From Chiloscyllium plagiosum (taxonomy: Eukaryota), in the NCBI RefSeq assembly GCF_004010195.1, contig NC_057718.1, forward strand, positions 81,599,953 to 81,643,110: DNA of 43,158 nt. The letters run 5' to 3'. Of this stretch, positions 37,708-43,158 are shown one piece after another. The stretch's first letter is position 1. Every line of letters starts with the position of its first letter. Position numbers and translations under genes: made by a program. The notes beneath the pieces are model-generated. The model was not told where the DNA came from. It worked only from the letters and a program-made list of their open reading frames with translations, and did not search any database.

Positions 37708-38277
37708 TCACCTTTGATGGTTTGTATTGCCCATTAGAAGCTTTGCATGTAAATACTGAATTGGCTACACAGGTATTTTTATTGGTGGTGCATAATAGTT
37801 AAAAAAAAGCAAAGTCATGAGGTTTTGCTGGTGGGAACGTCGCTCATTTGTGTATGATAACAATTCAGGGTAGAGAAGAAAAAAAGAAAAATAAAGCAGA
37901 TCCACGTTGCCTCTCTTCTGTTGTTATGTTCATGCCTAGGTGTCCTTGGAGAAGGGACACAGTGTCCATCAATGCTCTTGATGTCTTTAGAGAGACTTAG
38001 ACACTGAAGAGGAACACAGTGCTTTATCTCCCCCTCCAACTCCTTTTTGACTTAGTCTCTTCACTCTTTCCCTATCCATTCCTCACTTTTGATGATTCGC
38101 ATTGCCCATACTGGACTTTGTAAATATTCAATTGGCTACATGGGTGTTTTATTGGTTGTGGTTAGTATACAATAAAAGAAAAAAAAAACACAAAAAAAGG
38201 ATTTTATTGGTGGGAAAGTTGCTCAGTTGTGTGTGATAGCACTTCTGAGTATGGAAAAAGAAAAAAAATGAAATAAA
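37708..38277 (+). repeat. Diverged direct duplication of ~190 bp (37708-37895 and 38083-38277)
   Basis: Colinear blocks ATTGCCCAT, TGTAAATA, AATTGGCTACA, TTTTATTGGT, TGGTGGGAA, GCTCA.TTGTGT, A-rich end. Confidence 0.8.
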
Positions 38278-38920
38278 AAGAGAAAAAAAAGCATATTGAG
38301 GGATAGGTCTGCAGAACCGTGTATAGCGGGCTGTGGCTAACCTTTGTACTCCACAGATAGTGGATCTGTTTTGGTGTTCAACAATAAATGATGTTGCTTT
38401 CCTTAGTTATTACAGACCATGAACCTTTTGCCCTCCACACAATCCTCTTTCCTCACCCATCCCTCTCTTCTGCATCTATGCTTTTAGACATTTTAGTAAT
38501 GCTGCTTACCAGGCTAGTCTGGTGAAGAAGCACCATCAGCTGATCTGATATTCACACCCATCAGCTCCAATATTGGCACAGGTAAGTCCAGTACTTTGTA
38601 AGCAAGCAGGTTGCTGAGGCTTGTTCAGGTGTTGCCTAGGGGAATGGTAATAGATTCGTGAAGCATGAACCTGTTGTCCTCTCTCAGGATGACAGCTCAC
38701 ATTCCTAAACAACTCCACCAGTATCTTTGCTGGTGTCACTTCTCAAGCGAGCCCAGACTGATGTCACCCATTCTGATATGGTGCAGCTGAAGCCAAGGCA
38801 CTCGAGTTTAGAATGCTCGAGATCATTCAGCAAGCTCATCCACACCACCTCCAGTGAAAGCCAGCAGTCTTCCACTAGCCATATCCCTGGTACTGATGTA
38901 ATACAGTGTCAGAGCACAGA

Positions 38921-40975
38921 GTCATAGAGATCTACAGCACAGAAAAAGGTTCTTCAGCCCAGTCAAAAACAACCACCTAACTATTCTCAACCAATTTTCC
39001 AGCACTTTACCCATAGTATTGTGGAAAGTGCACATCTAAATACTTGTTCAATGTTATGAGGGTTTCTGCCTCCACCACTTTTACAGACACTGAGTTCCAG
39101 ATTCCCACTTTCCTCTGGTTGAAAAAGATTTTTCTCACATCTCCTCTAAACCTGCTGCCCTTCGCTTAAATTTAGGCCCCCTAGTCATCAATCCCTCCAG
39201 GGAGGGGACGTTTCTTCGTCCACCCTATGTGTGTGCCGCTCATAATTTTATTGATCTGAATCATGTCCCTCAGTCTTCTCCAATGATAAACCCCAGCCTT
39301 TCCTATCTTTCTTCAAAACCAAAACTTGCCAGACCAGGCAATGACCCAGTAAATCTTCTTTGCCTAACCAATGTTTTATACGGTTCCAGGATAACTTCCC
39401 TATTCTTAAACTCCATGCCTCGGCTAATAAAGGCAAGTATTCCATAATCCTTTCTTATACCACTTCAAATCACATATTTCGTATTTCTTCTTAACCTCTT
39501 CATCAATCTGTCCTGATACCTTAAGAGACTGGTGAGCACGCACATCAAGGTCTCTTGATCTGGGGTGCTTTCCAGGTTCCTAACCTTCATCATGTGTTCC
39601 CTTGCCTTGTTTGTCCTGCCCAAGTAAGTCACCTGACACTTACCAGAACTGAATTCCATTTGTCATGGTTCAGTCCATTTGGCTGGCATGGTAGCTCAGT
39701 GGTTAGCACTGCTGTCTCATCATGCCAGGGACCCGGATTCGATTCCTGCCTCGGGTGACTGCCTGTGTGGAGTTTGCACATTCTCCCTGTGTCTGCATGG
39801 GTTTCCTCCTGGTGCTCGGGTTTCCTCCCACAATCCAAAGATGTGCAGGTTAGGTGAATTGGCCATGCTGACTGCCCATAGTGTTCAGAGATGTGTAGGT
39901 TGGGTGCATTAGTTAGAGGTAAATGTAGAGTAATAGGGGAGGGGAAATGAGTCTGGGCGGGTTACTCTTTGGAGGGTTGGTATAGACTTGTTGCACTGAA
40001 GGGCCTGTTTCCACACTGTAGGGCTTCTATGACCTATGACCAGCCTGTTTATATCATTCTGTAATCTAAGACTAACCAACTCACCATTTACCACTTCATT
40101 AATTTTCATAACATCTGTAAACTTACTGATCAACCCTCCTACATTCAAGCCTAAATCATTTATGTACACCACAGTCAGGGCCCTAAAACAGATCCTTGCA
40201 GAACTTCACTGGAGACAGGCTTCCAATTGGAAAAATACCCCTCAACTATCACCCTCTGCTTCCAGCCACTCAACCAATCCTGGGTCCAATTTGCCAAATT
40301 TCCTTGGATCCCATGGGCTCTTACCCTTGTTACGGTGCGGAACCTTATCAAAAGCCTTAGCGAAGCCCTAATGGATATCATAAAATTTGGTGCCCTCATT
40401 TACACATTTGATTATCTCATTAAGAAATGTGATCAAGTTGATCAGACATGTTCTTAACAAAACCATGTTTACTGTTCTTGATTAATCCCTGCCTCTCCAA
40501 GTGCAAATTAATTAGTCCCTCTGAATTAGTTCTAATAGTTTCCCCACCACAGGAGTGTAGTTTCCTGGTTTATCCCCTGTTCCTTCTTGAACCTCTCTAC
40601 CATATTGGCTGTCTTCCAGTTCTCTGGCACCTCTCTTGTGATTAGAGAGGAATTGAAAGCTGTTGCTAATGCCCCTGCTATTTACTCTCTTGTCTCACTC
40701 AACAACCTGGATACGTTTCATCTGGCCCTGGAAATGTATTTACTTTTAAGCCTGCCAGACCACCCAGATCCTCCTCTCTGTCTGTGCTAATTTCTTTACA
40801 GTCTTTTTCCCCCCATGTCATCATTCTTACTAGTTAACAATGATTCAAAGATTTCATTTAGAACCCTACCCATATCCTCCGACTCCACACACAAACTACC
40901 ACCATGGCCTTTAATAACCCTTGCACTCTCCCTAAGTTATACTTTTACCCTTATGCACTTGTAAAACAATTTAGG
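38921..40975 (-). mobile_element. Decayed CR1-type LINE (RT to 3' tail)
   Basis: Minus remnants EVLQGSVLGP, YINDL...ISKFTD, MEFSSGKCQVTYLG; tail CTCTATGACTC at ~38921. Confidence 0.88.
39681..40040 (+). mobile_element. Full-length HE1-type SINE inserted in CR1
   Basis: GGCATGGTAGCTCAGTGGTTAGCAC head, V-domain, CTATGAC tail. Confidence 0.92.
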
Positions 40976-41892
40976 GATTTTCCTTTATTTGTGTAGTAGA
41001 TTCTGTGTAAAAACAAAAGCCATCCTCCATGGACCCAAAACATATTAAAACAGCCATCCCCTATGGACAAGCTCTACAGATACACAGGATCTGTTCAAAT
41101 GAGGAGGAACATGACAGGCACTTGGAAGTTCTCAAGCATGCTCTCATAAGAATGGGGTACAATGCTCAACTCAACGACCACTAGTTCTGATGTGCCACAG
41201 TGGGAAACCATAATGACCTCCTCAGGAGACAGACATGAGCTGCAACCAATAGGGTACCCTTTGTTATCCAGTACTTCCTGGGAGCCATAAAACTACATCA
41301 TGTTCTTCGCAGCCTGCAACACATTATCGATGAGAATGAGCACTTCGCCAAGACCTTCCTCATACATCCTCTTTTCGCCTTTAAACAACCGCCAAACCGT
41401 AAACAGATCATTGTTCACAACAAAATATCTGGCTTTCAGGAAAACACCATACAACTCTGTCACGGCAGACACTGCAAGACGTGTCAGAGTGTTGACACGG
41501 ATACCACCATTACACATGGGGAGACCACCCACCATCTACACGGCAGGCACTCGTGACACAGCCAACATTGTCTATCTCATACGATGCAGGCAAGGATGCC
41601 CCAAGTCATGGTACATTGGTGACACCAAGCAGAGGCTACGGCAACAGATGAATGGACACCACACAACAATCACCGGCCAGAAGTGTTCCCTTCCAGTCGG
41701 TAAACACTTCAGCAGTGGGGGACATTCAGCCTCTAACCTTCAGGTGACCATCTTCCAAGGCAGACTTCAGGCCAGGCAACAACGTGAAGTGTCTGAGCAG
41801 AGGCTGATAGCCAAGTTCAGTAGCCATGGGGATGGCCTCAACTGGGCTCTTGGATTCATGTCACACTATAGGTGACCTCACTAAACTATACA

Positions 41893-42071
41893 CTCTGTCT
41901 CTCTCTCTCTCTGTCTCTCTCACTCACACACACTCACTCAGACCCTCTCTTATACGCTCTTACACAGACACACACCCACTCATAATCACACATGCACCCC
42001 ATTACACTCACACAGACACACACTCTCTCACAGACACTCACACCCCCACATACACACACACGCACACACAC
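41893..42071 (+). repeat. Imperfect (CT)n/(CA)n microsatellite in PLE 3' UTR
   Basis: Directly visible. Confidence 0.9.
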
Positions 42072-42441
42072 AGGTTTGTGGGGTGAATTTGTACAGCAGA
42101 ATTACATTTTATTTTGCTCAAAAACTGCATAAATCCACGTAAGATTCTGTGACTCCCACTTTAGAAATAGAATTAGTCTGACCTAACATTGGGCCACAGA
42201 CAGACTTTAACTTCACACCTTCAATGCATTATCTGAGCTGAGATGACACCTGTTGTTAAAAGTTATCTTGAGAGAATGTAACTTTATAAAAGTTCTGGGA
42301 TTTACATATGAAGGAATCGAAACTGACATGGTCATTCTAAAAGATGAAAGACGTAAGCTAAATTTATTTAATATTACATTCTATGACACTGCAATCCTGT
42401 TGCCATAAAGTCTGTGTCTTATGATTCTGCTCCACAACCAC

Positions 42442-42470
42442 CTGCTGAAGAAACAGCACTTCGAAAGCTC
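42442..42470 (+). ncRNA. Degenerate hammerhead motif (family C pLTR)
   Basis: CTGCTGA-A-GAAACAGCACTTC-GAAA-GCTC; one core substitution, palindromic AGCT for stem III. Confidence 0.5.
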
Positions 42471-42581
42471 GTGATTCCAAATAAACCTGTTGGACTATAA
42501 CTTGATTTGGAGGTGCCGGTGTTGGAATGGAGTGTAGAAAGTTAAAAATCACACAAAACCAGGTTATAGTCCAACAGGTTT

Positions 42582-43158
42582 TGTTCGCCGAGCTGGGAAT
42601 TTGTGTTGTAGACGTTTCGTCCCCTGTCTAGGTGACATCCTCAGTGCTTGGGAGCCTCCTGTGAAGCGCTTCTGTGATGTTTCCTCCAGCATTTATAGTG
42701 GTTTGAATCTGCCGCTTCCGGTTGTCAGTTCCAGCTGTCCGTTGCAGTAGTCGGTATATTGGGTCCAGGTCGATGTGCTTATTGATTGAATCTGTGGATG
42801 AGTGCCATGCCTCTAGGAATTCCCTGGCTGTTCTCTGTTTGGCTTGTCCTATAATTGTAGTGTTGTCCCAGTCGAAATCATGTTGCTTGTCATCTGCGTG
42901 TGTGGCTACTAAGCATAGCTGGTCGTGTCATTTCATGGCTCGTTGGTGTCGTTTCATGGCTACACCAACTAGCTACGAAACAACACGACCAGCTATGCTT
43001 AGTAGCCACACACGCAGATGACAAGCAACACGAATTCGACTGGGACAACACTACTATTATAGGACAAGCCAAACAGAGAACAGCCAGGAAATTCCTAGAG
43101 GCATGGCACTCATCCACAGATCACGGGAGGCTCCCAAGCACTGAGGATGTCACCTAGA
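42582..43158. mobile_element. Second palindromic PLE derivative (family D-related), cut by window end
   Basis: Left arm to ~42928 and right arm from ~42983 are reverse complements; HDQLCLVATH...FDWDNTTIIGQAKQRTARKFLEAWHS; right arm lacks ~125 bp. Confidence 0.9.
42611..42644 (-). ncRNA. Minimal hammerhead ribozyme motif (intact core)
   Basis: Minus strand CTGAGGA-T-GTCACC-TAGACA-GGGGAC-GAAA-CGTC; mirror copy begins at 43141 on +. Confidence 0.82.

Larger units (their letters stand above)
41010..42581 (+). mobile_element. 5'-truncated Penelope-like element family C (RT thumb, GIY-YIG, long 3' UTR, pLTR)
   Basis: TAIPYGQALQIHRIC; NIVYLIRCRQGCPKSWYIGDTKQRLRQQMNGH...EQRLIAKF...GLN; hammerhead-like motif near the end. 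Confidence 0.9.

Noticed and set aside
38513..38587. Plus-strand exon ending CAG|GTAAGT
   Set aside because: The 69-nt version has stops in all frames; the alternative acceptor is weak

Overview
Repeat-dominated vertebrate genomic DNA, most likely from a shark (elasmobranch), judged from four HE1-type V-SINEs and HER1/CR1-type LINEs. It is probably intronic or intergenic: no host gene is identifiable, and there are only two weak micro-exon candidates on the minus strand. The window holds several nested layers of CR1-clade LINEs (one nearly full length, 22864-26378) and about four families of Penelope-like elements (PLEs; RT plus GIY-YIG endonuclease). It also holds a decayed Gypsy-like gag-pol remnant, a TA-flanked Tc1/mariner-type MITE, DeuSINE-like remnants and a head-to-tail array of tRNA-like short repeats. 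The most notable signal is about a dozen minimal hammerhead-ribozyme motifs in PLE terminal repeats. Many sit in short, target-site-duplicated, fold-back (palindromic) PLE derivatives, two of which invert at the same point of the GIY-YIG coding region. Hammerheads in PLEs are already known, and I cannot claim a new system from sequence alone. All long ORFs are broken transposon ORFs. Repeat boundaries were read by eye and are approximate.
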